Assembly: GCA_963752595.1 (NCBI GenBank)
Contig: CAVVYZ010000015.1
Coordinates: 1-64,000 of the forward strand
DNA from: an uncultured delta proteobacterium
GTDB taxonomy: Bacteria; Desulfobacterota; Desulfomonilia; UBA1062
Reading direction: 5' to 3'
Length of the DNA stretch: 64,000 nucleotides
Part shown: positions 9,087 to 18,654 of the stretch, one piece after another
Layout of the letters: every line of letters begins with the position of its first letter
Numbering within the stretch: the first letter of the stretch is position 1
Program-made: the position numbers and the translations under genes
The notes under the pieces: model-generated
What the model was told of the DNA's origin: nothing
Database searches by the model: none
What the model saw: the letters and a program-made list of their open reading frames with translations, nothing else

Positions 9087-9857
9087 CTACCTGAACCGTA
9101 CCTTGCGGCGGTAGCGTTTGTATCCCTTGACCGACTGCTCGGTCGCGATGCCTAAGTAAAACTCCTTGACGTCATCATCCTCCCGGAGAACCTCGGGCTT
9201 GTCGGCCCGGAGGATACGACCGTTCTCCATGAGGAAGGCATAGTTGGAGTATTTGAGCGCCATGTTCACGTTCTGCTCCACGAGCAGGATGGTCACGCCC
9301 TCCTGGTTGATGCTCTTGATAATGGTGAAGATCTCCTTGGTGAGGAGCGGCGACAGGCCGAGCGAAGGCTCGTCGAGCATGAGGAGCTTGGGCCTGCTCA
9401 TGAGAGCCCTTCCCATGGCCAGCATCTGCTGCTCGCCTCCGCTTAAATGACCGGCCTCCTGGGTCTTCCGTCTTTCCAGGATGGGGAAGTAGCGGAACAT
9501 CTTCTCCATGTCCGCCTTGATGCCGCTCCGGTCGTTCCTCGTGTACGCGCCCATGAGGATATTCTCCATGACCGTAAGCTCGGGAAATACCTCCCTGCCT
9601 TCGGGGACATAGCTGATGCCGAGGCGCACGATTTCGTCGGTGTCCATCCTGTCTATGCGCTTGCCCATGAACTCGATGGTGCCTTTTTCGGGCTGGTCGT
9701 CTTCCAGCAGGCGCATGATGGTCTTGAGCGTGGTCGTCTTGCCCGCACCGTTCGATCCGAGCAGGGCTACGATATCCCCCTGCTTCACCTCGAAGGAGAT
9801 ACCGTGCAGGGCACGGATCAGGTCATACCACGTCTCGATATTCTTTATGCTCAGCAT
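9087..9857 (-). CDS. livF: Liv-type ABC transporter ATPase (LivF-like)
   Basis: GSNGAGKTT, LSGGEQQM, LDEPSLGLSP. Confidence 0.88.
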   Translation of the reverse strand: MLSIKNIETWYDLIRALHGISFEVKQGDIVALLGSNGAGKTTTLKTIMRLLEDDQPEKGTIEFMGKRIDRMDTDEIVRLGISYVPEGREVFPELTVMENILMGAYTRNDRSGIKADMEKMFRYFPILERRKTQEAGHLSGGEQQMLAMGRALMSRPKLLMLDEPSLGLSPLLTKEIFTIIKSINQEGVTILLVEQNVNMALKYSNYAFLMENGRILRADKPEVLREDDDVKEFYLGIATEQSVKGYKRYRRKVRFR

Positions 9858-10632
9858 CGGTGTCTTCCTCTCCGAGATAGGCTGTGATGACTTCGGGGTG
9901 CTTCTGCACCTCCGGAGGCGTGCCTTCGGTTATCTTTACCCCCTGATTGATGGCGAGGATGCGGTCCGATATGCCCATGACCATGTTCATGTCATGCTCG
10001 ATGAGCAGGATCGTCACCTTGTAATCCTCCTGGATGTCCTTGATCCAGATCCTCAGATCGTCTTTCTCCTCGGTGTTCATGCCCGCAGAGGGCTCGTCCA
10101 GGAGCAGGACCTTTGGCTCCAGGGCAAGCGCCCGCGCCAGCTCCACGAGTTTTCTCTTCCCATAGGGGAGGTTGGACACGAACTGGTCCCGGACAGACTG
10201 GAGCTCGAGAAAGTCGATGATGTGCTCCACGAACTCCCGGTGCCTGACCTCTTCTTTCGCGCAGCGCGACCATTTGCCCCACATGAACGCGCCGCTTAAG
10301 ATCCCGGTCTTCATGTGGATATGGCGGCCGAGCATGATGTTGTCCATCACCGATGCATTGCCGAAGAGCTGGATGTTCTGGAAGGTCCTGGCAATGCCCT
10401 TCCTGGCGATTTTATCCGGGTAGAAGCCGGTGAGGTTCTCGCCGTCTAAGAAAATCCTGCCCGAATTCGGCTTGTAGATGCCGCTGATCATGTTGAAAAT
10501 GGTTGTCTTGCCGCTCCCGTTGGGGCCGATGATGGAGAAGATGGAGTTCTCCGCCACCTCGAAGCTCACATCGTTTACGGCCCGGATGCCTCCGAAGCTG
10601 ATGCTCAAACCCTCGACCGAGAAATGGGCCAT
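9823..10632 (-). CDS. livG: Liv-type ABC transporter ATPase (LivG-like)
   Basis: GPNGSGKTT, ARTFQN, LLLDEPSAGMN, IEHDM, AYLG. Confidence 0.88.
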   Translation of the reverse strand: MAHFSVEGLSISFGGIRAVNDVSFEVAENSIFSIIGPNGSGKTTIFNMISGIYKPNSGRIFLDGENLTGFYPDKIARKGIARTFQNIQLFGNASVMDNIMLGRHIHMKTGILSGAFMWGKWSRCAKEEVRHREFVEHIIDFLELQSVRDQFVSNLPYGKRKLVELARALALEPKVLLLDEPSAGMNTEEKDDLRIWIKDIQEDYKVTILLIEHDMNMVMGISDRILAINQGVKITEGTPPEVQKHPEVITAYLGEEDTDAEHKEYRDVV

Positions 10633-10720
10633 TTCCTTTGCTCCTTAGCTGCAAATCCTCTGCTCATTTTATCTATAGGCATTCCACCAGGAGGGCACGC
10701 CCGGAGGAATGACCACTTTG

Positions 10721-10777
10721 TTTCCCCTCGCCGACCCTCTCCACCGCCTACCGGAGAAGAGGGTTCGGAAGGGAAAA
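10721..10777 (-). terminator. intra-operon hairpin after the substrate-binding protein gene
   Basis: TTTCCC..CCGACCCTCT.. / ..AGAGGGTTCGG..GGGAAA imperfect inverted repeat. Confidence 0.45.
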
Positions 10778-10788
10778 CGACTTTTTCT

Positions 10789-11985
10789 TTACTTCTTCTT
10801 CCAGGTGGCAAGCTCGTTCGGAGTCCAGTCCTGGAGAAGGATATAGCTCGAATTGGGCCCGCATTTCTGCACCTGGATTGAATCCGTACCCTGATGGACC
10901 TTCGGAGACCAGTTTATCTTGGGTCCGATCCCCTGGAAGTTCTTTGTCGAGTTGAGTGCCTTCAGGAAGGCATCTGTGCTCAAGTTCGGTCCTACACGCT
11001 TGAGTGCATCGACAAGCGGTTCGGCATACAGGGTTCCGGCCAGATAGAACGTCCCGAATCGTTCCTCGGGCGCATACTTCTTCGTGGCCTCGCGGTATTT
11101 ATTGATGAGAGGATGGTTGGAATCGGGCGGGATACCGAAGCCGCCGGTGATCACGCCTTCCCACATGCCTCCTGTGATCTTGTTCATGAGCGGGAAGTCT
11201 GACAGCGTGTTGGATGATACCCACTGGGGCTTATAGCCGATGGTAGCGCTGGTCTTGAGTGCAATGGCGGCCGATGTCGGGTTCACCCACATGATGACCA
11301 CGTCTGCACCTGAATTCTTGAGCCTGAGCATCTGGGAAGAAAGGTCCTTCTCTCCCGGCTCTACCGGTACCTCTTCAATGAGATTAAGCTTCATGGCTTG
11401 CATACGCTGCTTGCAGCCTTCGAGGCCGCTCTTGCCGTAGGCGTCATTCTGGTAGAAGAAGCTGATCTTCTTTGGTTTGAGTTTTTCAACCACATACTTG
11501 GTGAGAATGCTCGCCTCGTCTTCATACAGGGGGTAGGCGGCAAAGAGATAGGGGTTGACCGGGAACACATACTCGCTGATGGCCGTAGACGGAGATATCC
11601 AGACAACCTTGTTCTGGGCGAGATAGTCTTTCACCGCCATGCCGCAGGCTGCCCCGACACCGCCGACAAAGGCGAATATGCCCTTCCTCTCGACCAGTTC
11701 CTTCACCACTGCCTTTGTCTGGGCTGGATTGTACTGGTCATCACGGACGAAATACTTGATCTTCCTGCCATAAATGCCGCCCTCATCGTTCACGATGTTA
11801 AAAAGAAGGTCACTCCCACGTGCCACAGAACCCCACGGTGCTGCAGGCCCTGTCTGCGGGCCCCACTGGGCGATTCTAATCTCCTTCTTGTCAAACCCCG
11901 GCCTGGCTGCATAGCTCGATTCCGGTAACGAGATCACTACGCAGAAAGCCAGGAAACAAAAAACCAGACTCCTCAAACCCTTCAT
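10789..11985 (-). CDS. ABC transporter substrate-binding protein (Liv/PBP1 type)
   Basis: GGAAGGAGG SD, signal peptide MKGLRSLVFC..AA, GPQTGPAA, GGIYGRKI..DDQYNP, YQNDAYG. Confidence 0.9.
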   Translation of the reverse strand: MKGLRSLVFCFLAFCVVISLPESSYAARPGFDKKEIRIAQWGPQTGPAAPWGSVARGSDLLFNIVNDEGGIYGRKIKYFVRDDQYNPAQTKAVVKELVERKGIFAFVGGVGAACGMAVKDYLAQNKVVWISPSTAISEYVFPVNPYLFAAYPLYEDEASILTKYVVEKLKPKKISFFYQNDAYGKSGLEGCKQRMQAMKLNLIEEVPVEPGEKDLSSQMLRLKNSGADVVIMWVNPTSAAIALKTSATIGYKPQWVSSNTLSDFPLMNKITGGMWEGVITGGFGIPPDSNHPLINKYREATKKYAPEERFGTFYLAGTLYAEPLVDALKRVGPNLSTDAFLKALNSTKNFQGIGPKINWSPKVHQGTDSIQVQKCGPNSSYILLQDWTPNELATWKKK

Positions 11986-12059
11986 CAATCCCTCCTTCCT
12001 GCTGCCTTTGGCAGCACGGTGTATTGCGGTATGCATACACTTCTATTTTCAGGCCCGAT

Positions 12060-12536
12060 TTATCCCTTGAGCCAGATTCCCTTTTCTTTGAGGAAGGTAA
12101 AGCAGTAATTACATAGTGTCTCTGTTTTGGTATCCGTAAACAGGATGGTTACATCCACCTCAGCCTGGGCAAAGCGTTCCACGTCGGGGTAGGCTGCAGG
12201 ATCGTGGTTCGGCCTCAGGTTGTAGATATCAACAATCTCATAACGGACGATCTTCGCCGGGTTCGATCTCATGTCTTTCAGAAAATCATCATATGAATGG
12301 GTCCTGCGGTAATGAGAAGAAGGCGCAAGACAGCGGTAGATTTTACCGTAATCCCTGCTCATCTCTGCGGCGAAGTAGGTACGGAGCGCCTTCTCGATCC
12401 GGGGGCGTTCGAAGACCATCTCGATCATTGACTTCGGCTTGTCAAGAAAAAGGAGCAATGCTGCGAGCACGAAGAGTACTGCTCCCAGGATCGCTCCCTT
12501 GAGGAGGAAAGGATCAGTGCGGATGTTAAAACCCAT
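12060..12536 (-). CDS. hypothetical membrane-anchored protein
   Basis: N-terminal TM helix; co-oriented inside the ABC operon. Confidence 0.6.
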   Translation of the reverse strand: MGFNIRTDPFLLKGAILGAVLFVLAALLLFLDKPKSMIEMVFERPRIEKALRTYFAAEMSRDYGKIYRCLAPSSHYRRTHSYDDFLKDMRSNPAKIVRYEIVDIYNLRPNHDPAAYPDVERFAQAEVDVTILFTDTKTETLCNYCFTFLKEKGIWLKG

Positions 12537-12620
12537 ATGAGCCCCTGCCGTTCGGCCGCAACGAAGAAGGCTTATGCCGGAACCCCTGGGATGTTCTTCC
12601 GAATCCTGCTTTTCCCATCC

Positions 12621-13493
12621 CTACACCTTTTTCACGTAATGCTTGGCAAAGAGCCCGCTCGGCCTGATGGTAAGGATGATGATGATCACCACGAAGGCTA
12701 CGATGGGCTTCCACTGAGGCCAGGCATATCCGAAGATGTTCTCTATGAGGCCCAGGAAGATGCCTCCGAGCACGACTCCGGGGATGCTCGTGAGGCCGCC
12801 CAGAACCGCCGCTGCAAAGGCCCGCATGAACGGCTCCATCATGAAGTTGGGGTCGAGCACCGATCGTGCTGCAAAGAACATGGCCGCGATGGCTCCGATG
12901 ACCGAGCTCAATGCCCAGGTAAAGGAAAACACCCGCTCCACCTTGATGCCCATGATCCTGGCGGCATTCCGGTTCTGCTGGGTCGCCCGCATGGCGATGC
13001 CGAGCCGTGAGAACCTGAAGAAGAGGAACAGGAATACCATGACGATTGCTGTGATCACAAACACGCCCATGGCCCACTCATTGATCGCAATTCCCGGTAT
13101 GATCTCGATGTTCCTCTGCACGGAAAGCGGGAAGGCGAAGTCTTTCTGTTCTGCTCCCCATTTCCAGCTTGCAAGACCCATGAGCAGCATCTCAGCCCCG
13201 AGGGTGATGATGATCAGTCCGAGCACTGAAGGCTCTTTGGCAGGCCTGAGGAAGAGAAACTCGATGAGAACTCCCAGAAGCAGTGCAAAAACCAGGGTAA
13301 GGAGAAAGGCAACCCAGAACGGCTGGTTATACTGGTTGATGATATGATAGGCCACAAAGGTCGCGATCATACCCATCTCTCCCTGGCCGAAGTTGACGAC
13401 GTCCGAGGTTTTGTAGATGATTGCCACGGAAACGCCGAACAGTCCGTAGCATGCACCGATTGCGAGACTCTCTATGATGAGCTGCTCGATCAT
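12621..13493 (-). CDS. livH: Liv-type ABC permease (LivH-like)
   Basis: VVNFGQGE, GIAMRA..A..MGI, AFAAAVLGG. Confidence 0.88.
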   Translation of the reverse strand: MIEQLIIESLAIGACYGLFGVSVAIIYKTSDVVNFGQGEMGMIATFVAYHIINQYNQPFWVAFLLTLVFALLLGVLIEFLFLRPAKEPSVLGLIIITLGAEMLLMGLASWKWGAEQKDFAFPLSVQRNIEIIPGIAINEWAMGVFVITAIVMVFLFLFFRFSRLGIAMRATQQNRNAARIMGIKVERVFSFTWALSSVIGAIAAMFFAARSVLDPNFMMEPFMRAFAAAVLGGLTSIPGVVLGGIFLGLIENIFGYAWPQWKPIVAFVVIIIILTIRPSGLFAKHYVKKV

Positions 13494-13518
13494 ACCTTAT
13501 TCTCCGTGTACGCCTTCA

Positions 13519-14589
13519 CTAGAAAGGCCATGTCTTCCAGTACTTTTTGACCCGTATCCAGATCCCGAACATGCCGAGCGGCTCAAAGATCACGATCCCG
13601 ATCATGATGAGCCCGAGCGCGATGGAGCTGAAGTTTTCCAGTCCGATGACCGTCAGATATTTCTTTGACAGCTTGACGAGGATATCCCCGATAAAAGGAA
13701 GTTCACCGATGTTTTTCAGAAGCTCGTATTGCAGATAGGTGATCAGGGTTGCTCCCATGATGGCCCCGAGTACCGACCCCAGCCCTCCCACAACGATCAT
13801 GACCAGGAATATGATCGAGAGGATGAGATTGAAGGTGAACGGATCAAAAAACCCCAGGACGAATCCGAAAAGGCCGCCGGCCACCCCTGCATAGAACGCG
13901 CTCACTGCAAAAGAGAGGGTCTTGAAAATCGTGAGGTTTACACCCATGACCTCTGCGGCGATGTCGTCGTCACGGATGGCCACGAAGGCCCTGCCCAGAC
14001 GGGTCTTCATGAGGTTCCTTGCACAGATCACCAGGATGACCGCTATGATGAGGATGAGGTAATAGATCTTTATATCGGTATCCAGCAGCATGCTGAAGCC
14101 CATCTGAGGAATGCCTATATCCAGAGGCGGAGCCTGGATGCCCATGCGGCCGCCGAAGATGTCCCACCTGCCGATCACATGCATGATGGTGAGCCCGAAC
14201 CCGAGCGTTGCAATGGCAAGGTACGGCCCTTCGAGCCTCAATGCAGGAAGTCCGATGATAAATCCGAAAAACGCTGCAATCAGGCCCGAGGCGATCAATG
14301 CGGGAAAGAAGGGTACCTGGAGATGGGTCATCAGGAGCGCTGTGCCGTATGCCCCTATGGCGAAGAACCCGGCATGACCCAGTGAAATCTGGCCGGTATA
14401 GCCGACGAGGATGTTGAGCCCCACGGCCAGAATTACATGAACCAGGATGATGTTACACAGATAGAAATAATAGTCCGGGATGAAGAGCGGCATGGTGAAG
14501 AGAAAGACGAGAAGCACCACACTCCACACAAAAACGGTTGCGCTGCTGAAAAGCTCGATATCTTCATAGTAGTCGCGTTTCATGTCCAT
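13519..14589 (-). CDS. livM: Liv-type ABC permease (LivM-like)
   Basis: GYTGQISLGHAGFFAIGAY, LRLEGPYLAIATL, GRAFVAIRD. Confidence 0.88.
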   Translation of the reverse strand: MDMKRDYYEDIELFSSATVFVWSVVLLVFLFTMPLFIPDYYFYLCNIILVHVILAVGLNILVGYTGQISLGHAGFFAIGAYGTALLMTHLQVPFFPALIASGLIAAFFGFIIGLPALRLEGPYLAIATLGFGLTIMHVIGRWDIFGGRMGIQAPPLDIGIPQMGFSMLLDTDIKIYYLILIIAVILVICARNLMKTRLGRAFVAIRDDDIAAEVMGVNLTIFKTLSFAVSAFYAGVAGGLFGFVLGFFDPFTFNLILSIIFLVMIVVGGLGSVLGAIMGATLITYLQYELLKNIGELPFIGDILVKLSKKYLTVIGLENFSSIALGLIMIGIVIFEPLGMFGIWIRVKKYWKTWPF

Positions 14590-14939
14590 AGCATATCTCC
14601 GCAGGCAATTTTCTCATCAGGGGGGTAAGACGTTGCATTCCAGAGAAGAATGCAGGCGATTTTCTGTAGAATGAAATCCGCCTCAGCCCCTTTTCCTAAG
14701 CATTGCTACACATAACAATATACGATATCGACTCGACTCATAATATATTAAGGTGGTAAGACCGCTAGTCAATACCTCGGTGCAGATTATTAGGATAAAT
14801 TCCATTACTTTTTGCATGAGAAAGGATCGAAGCGTAAGAACCTGAACTGATCGTCCGATGGAGGCTTCTTGAATAACGGATATGACATCGTATCATTGAG
14901 TGTAAGGGATAGGGATCGGCTTGGGAAAGGAGTTTACCC

Positions 14940-15230
14940 ATGGCTATGACAATGTCCAGAATAACTGACTGTGAAGTCATTGAGTGTTCATATAATAAAG
15001 ATAGGAAGTGCCATACGCCGGCAATAACCGTAGGCGACACATCCTGCCCCATGTGCGATACATTCACCCGCCAGGACCAGAAGGGCGGTGACCCGCAGAT
15101 CCTTGGGGGTGTAGGTGCGTGCAGGGCTGACGACTGCAAATTCAATGAGTCCCTTGAATGCCGTGCGAACGGCATTTCTGTCGGAATGCACTCCAATCAC
15201 GCAGATTGCAAGACATATTCCACCAGGTAA
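14940..15230 (+). CDS. DUF1540-like Cys-rich protein
   Basis: two C-x4-C-x-(Y/F)N-x4-C-x4-I-x-V...C-x-T(F/Y) repeats; AAGGAG SD. Confidence 0.8.
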   Translation: MAMTMSRITDCEVIECSYNKDRKCHTPAITVGDTSCPMCDTFTRQDQKGGDPQILGGVGACRADDCKFNESLECRANGISVGMHSNHADCKTYSTR

Positions 15231-15430
15231 GAAGAGCCGTCCGGCAACAACGGATTGCCCCTGCCGGTTGGTAACCTGATCTTACATACAGCAGACTTTA
15301 AGCCGTCCTATTCCTCATGCTCAAGATCCAAAAAGGTGAATCTTACCGGCAGGGGTTTTGCTCGATCAAAGGCGGCAATGATCTGTTCGTATGTGACCGG
15401 CAAACAGGGCAAGGAAAAACCGGAAGCTGG

Positions 15431-16459
15431 TTATCCGGCGGAGCCGCCTTTACGGAAAATATTCTTTATAAGGCGAATATATCTGTTTCCCCGCTCCAAC
15501 GGCCGGCCCAGGATATTTTCCCAGTAGATAAAATATTTCATTCTCGTGTTCATATAGCTCACCCGGAAGTATGGCTGCTGTTTCGCGCCGAAGCTCCTGA
15601 AGAACCTCTCGATCGGTTCAAGCATGGAACCTTCGAAATCGAATACCTTTGTCACCGTGGACGCAAACCGTATGGCTTCCCACATCAGCAGGCTGGTGCT
15701 GCCGCTCGTACGGAGTTTCGAATCTCCGCCGCCCATGAGATAGTATGCTGATTCGCTGTCCCATATGATATAGAGAGAGGCATGAACCTGTTTATCCGCA
15801 TCTTCGGCAAAAAAGATCCGCCGCTGGTTTCTCTGTTTGAGAACGTCATCGATGCGCCGTACATAGTCATTCGAATAGGGAAGAGCCATCCCCTTTCGGG
15901 CAAACGTCTTGGCATTCAATGCGAGGAAGCATTCAAGACCCAGATCGTCACGCACCTCGACCTGCTTGCTTGCCTTGCGGATCTCCCTTCGGATATTGCC
16001 CTGGAGGCCCGACCATAATTTTTCCTCATTGGTGAGATCCTCGAGAACATATGAATAAAGGGTTGTTTGAGAGAATCCCTTCCAGAAAAAGGGCAGCCAA
16101 TTGGTGATGGTATAATGGAAATTCTGGGAAAAGAAATCATAAGGAGGCAGCTGTGCGATGAGATCCTGCATCAGGTCTTTCTGTCTGGAGAGATCGCCGG
16201 CATACTTTCCCTGAGCAGGCGCCAGCCATGGGCCGAGAAACTTGGTGAGCTTCGGCGTGTTCAACAGGGTAAGGCCGAATTTCTTTTCCGCCACAAAGGG
16301 AATCCGTGCGACGATATCTCCGCCCTTCGATACGGAAGCCGCTCCCCATCGGCCGGGAGCTACTGCATCGAGCCAATACGGCTGCTGAAATAAAGAAGAC
16401 GCCTCGAAAATGTCTGGAAAGGAAGGAGTGTCTTCTTCAATGAGCAGGTCGTTCTCCAT
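15431..16459 (-). CDS. GNAT/FemAB-like acyltransferase
   Basis: QQPYWLDAV, NIRREIRKA, AYYLMGG, FDFEGSM..IERFFRSFGA. Confidence 0.82.
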   Translation of the reverse strand: MENDLLIEEDTPSFPDIFEASSLFQQPYWLDAVAPGRWGAASVSKGGDIVARIPFVAEKKFGLTLLNTPKLTKFLGPWLAPAQGKYAGDLSRQKDLMQDLIAQLPPYDFFSQNFHYTITNWLPFFWKGFSQTTLYSYVLEDLTNEEKLWSGLQGNIRREIRKASKQVEVRDDLGLECFLALNAKTFARKGMALPYSNDYVRRIDDVLKQRNQRRIFFAEDADKQVHASLYIIWDSESAYYLMGGGDSKLRTSGSTSLLMWEAIRFASTVTKVFDFEGSMLEPIERFFRSFGAKQQPYFRVSYMNTRMKYFIYWENILGRPLERGNRYIRLIKNIFRKGGSAG

Positions 16460-16625
16460 AAAAGTTATATAACAGGCCAGGCTTATAACAAAAGGGCATC
16501 ACTGCTGTGTATCTTGTGCACTATAGAAGTGTAAGTAATTATAAATATGTAGAATCTCATGAATGAGAATAAAATCTCATGTGCGAAAATTCCCTCGAAG
16601 GAGGCATAACCATCAGGATAGAGAG

Positions 16626-16651
16626 CGGGAGGGGTTATGAAACCCCTCCCG
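16626..16651 (-). terminator. intrinsic terminator of the acyl-CoA dehydrogenase gene
   Basis: CGGGAGGGGTT-ATGA-AACCCCTCCCG. Confidence 0.65.
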
Positions 16652-16710
16652 GATATTTGGAAGTTTCAGGTGTTCAGCAGCGATCGTGTGGCCGCCGGTG
16701 TGTCCGACTC

Positions 16711-18426
16711 TTACGCGTTCATCTCATATTCGCCGTTGAGCGCGAATACGTACTTTTCCCAGATCCTGTTGTACTGGTCATTATCAGCAACAGGTCTGAT
16801 GAGCATGATGTCCTTGCAGAAGGCACGCTGTTCTTCTTTGGTGTTGTGCATGGCGTAGATCGAAAGGGCGAACCTGGAGAAGTCGCGGACCATGAAGTCG
16901 AAGATCTGGTTGAGGATGTCCGGGTCGACCTTGTCGAATTTGGCCTGCTCGAGGATGAGCTGACCGTAGACTACGATGGAGAACATCTCGCCCAGGGGCA
17001 GGGAGAAGGAGGGATCCATATCCTGCATTTTGTCCGGGCCTGCCTTCTCGAGCAGCTCTTTGAAGATCTCGACCTGCTTGATGAAGGTTGCCACGTTGGG
17101 CAGGTTCTTGAACGACTCGAAGACCGGCTTGTAGTCGTGGAACTGGACGGAGCCCAGACCCTTGGTGGGGCCCTGGTTGAACAGGAAGAGGTCGTCCCTC
17201 TGCGCGAACTCGGGGCCCACCGGTGCATAGTCCTTGGGGTTGAAGAAGTAGTTCTTCATGAACTTGCGGATGAGCTGGACGTTGACGTGCACGGTGCCTT
17301 CGAGCTTCGACGGTCCTCTGATATCTGTTGCGCCAAGCGAGAAGAAGGTGTCCTTCTCGAAACCTTTGGCCGCGATGACATCCCAGAGCAGATTGATCAC
17401 TTCCTCTGCCTGGAGGGTGACCTTCATCTTGGAGGTGGGGTTGTAGAGGAGATAGCGGCGGTCGTTGTCGGTAGCGTTCCGGAAATAGTCGGTGGAGCGG
17501 CGCTGGTACATCTTCATGCCCACGGTCCTGAGCCAGGCATCCATGAAGTTCTTCTTCACATGGGGCATGTCGGTGACCTTCATGCCGTAGAGGATGCGGT
17601 TCGCGGCGTGGGTGATGGCCTCGTAGAAGCAGTGCTCTGCAACTCCGAGAGAAGCAGGACCGATATTGAACTTGCCGATGTTCACGGTGTTCAGAGCCGA
17701 GTCCCAGGCATCCGGGCCGCGGGACAGGATGTCGTCCTCGGTGATGGGATAGTCGTGCAGCGCGAAGTTCGAAACATACTCCTGGTGGGAGATGACGTTC
17801 TTTTTGAGCTCATAGGCCTTGTTGCGGTAGTTGGTGACGAAGAAGGTGTAGTCGTCCGTGCCGTCCTTGACCTTGCCCATGGTAGAGACCATCTCGGCCT
17901 CGTTGCCGTTGCCGATGTAGTACTTCTCGCCGTTGGCCACGTACGTGCCGTCGCCTTTCGGGGTCAGGGCCGTCTCGACGGAGTAGATGTCTGCGCCGTG
18001 TGCGCGCTCGGAGAGGCCGAATGCGAAGATCGCGCCGTCTTTGAGGAGCTGGGCTGCCTTCCGCTTTGCATTCTCGTTCTTGCTCATCCAGATGGGGCCG
18101 AGTCCCAGGATGGTCACCTGGAAGCAGTACCAGTAGCCAAGGCCGTAGAATGCCAGCAGCTCGCTGTACTCGCTGTTGCGGGCAGTGTCCCAGCGGCAGT
18201 CGGGGTCGCCGTATGCATACTCTTTCGGGGTGAGCAGCTTGGAGAAGATGTGCTCTTTTGCGAGGAAGTCGATGAACTCCCGGTACCAGAGCTTCTTGTT
18301 GAAATCTTCGCAGAGCTTTGTTTTGCCCATGTTTTCGAAGAACCGGATGGTCTTGTCCATGATCGCCTTGGACCCCTCGTCAGCCATGAGACTCGCGTAC
18401 TTTTTCGGCTGGATCAAATAATTCAT
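16711..18426 (-). CDS. acyl-CoA dehydrogenase
   Basis: AFGLSERAHGAD, NGEKYYIGN, KLEGTVHVN; GGAGAG SD before MNYLIQP. Confidence 0.92.
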   Translation of the reverse strand: MNYLIQPKKYASLMADEGSKAIMDKTIRFFENMGKTKLCEDFNKKLWYREFIDFLAKEHIFSKLLTPKEYAYGDPDCRWDTARNSEYSELLAFYGLGYWYCFQVTILGLGPIWMSKNENAKRKAAQLLKDGAIFAFGLSERAHGADIYSVETALTPKGDGTYVANGEKYYIGNGNEAEMVSTMGKVKDGTDDYTFFVTNYRNKAYELKKNVISHQEYVSNFALHDYPITEDDILSRGPDAWDSALNTVNIGKFNIGPASLGVAEHCFYEAITHAANRILYGMKVTDMPHVKKNFMDAWLRTVGMKMYQRRSTDYFRNATDNDRRYLLYNPTSKMKVTLQAEEVINLLWDVIAAKGFEKDTFFSLGATDIRGPSKLEGTVHVNVQLIRKFMKNYFFNPKDYAPVGPEFAQRDDLFLFNQGPTKGLGSVQFHDYKPVFESFKNLPNVATFIKQVEIFKELLEKAGPDKMQDMDPSFSLPLGEMFSIVVYGQLILEQAKFDKVDPDILNQIFDFMVRDFSRFALSIYAMHNTKEEQRAFCKDIMLIRPVADNDQYNRIWEKYVFALNGEYEMNA

Positions 18427-18504
18427 TCCACTCTCCTTCTCGATTTTTATGAGGCATATGAAAGGGTGAGACATGCCTCTTCGTTCAGTACCGGGATCAG
18501 AGAG

Positions 18505-18520
18505 AGCATGAGGTGTGCCA
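18505..18520 (-). promoter_or_regulatory. sigma-54 (-24/-12) promoter of the acyl-CoA dehydrogenase
   Basis: TGGCAC-ACCTC-ATGCT (GG-N10-GC). Confidence 0.8.
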
Positions 18521-18536
18521 TCGGTAATATCTATTC

Positions 18537-18549
18537 TAATGTATTGATA
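18537..18549 (-). promoter_or_regulatory. IHF site
   Basis: TATCAA-TACA-TTA matches WATCAANNNNTTR, lying between promoter and enhancer. Confidence 0.65.
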
Positions 18550-18584
18550 TTAATTAGATGAATGCATAAATACATGGGTGGAGC

Positions 18585-18619
18585 GCCCAAATATGGGCAT
18601 ATCGAGCCCATATATGGGC
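18585..18619. promoter_or_regulatory. tandem palindromic upstream activator sites
   Basis: GCCCAAATATGGGC (18585-18598) and GCCCATATATGGGC (18606-18619), 21 bp apart. Confidence 0.7.
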
Positions 18620-18654
18620 TTGACGTGAAATGCCCCAAGGGGTACAAATTCTTA

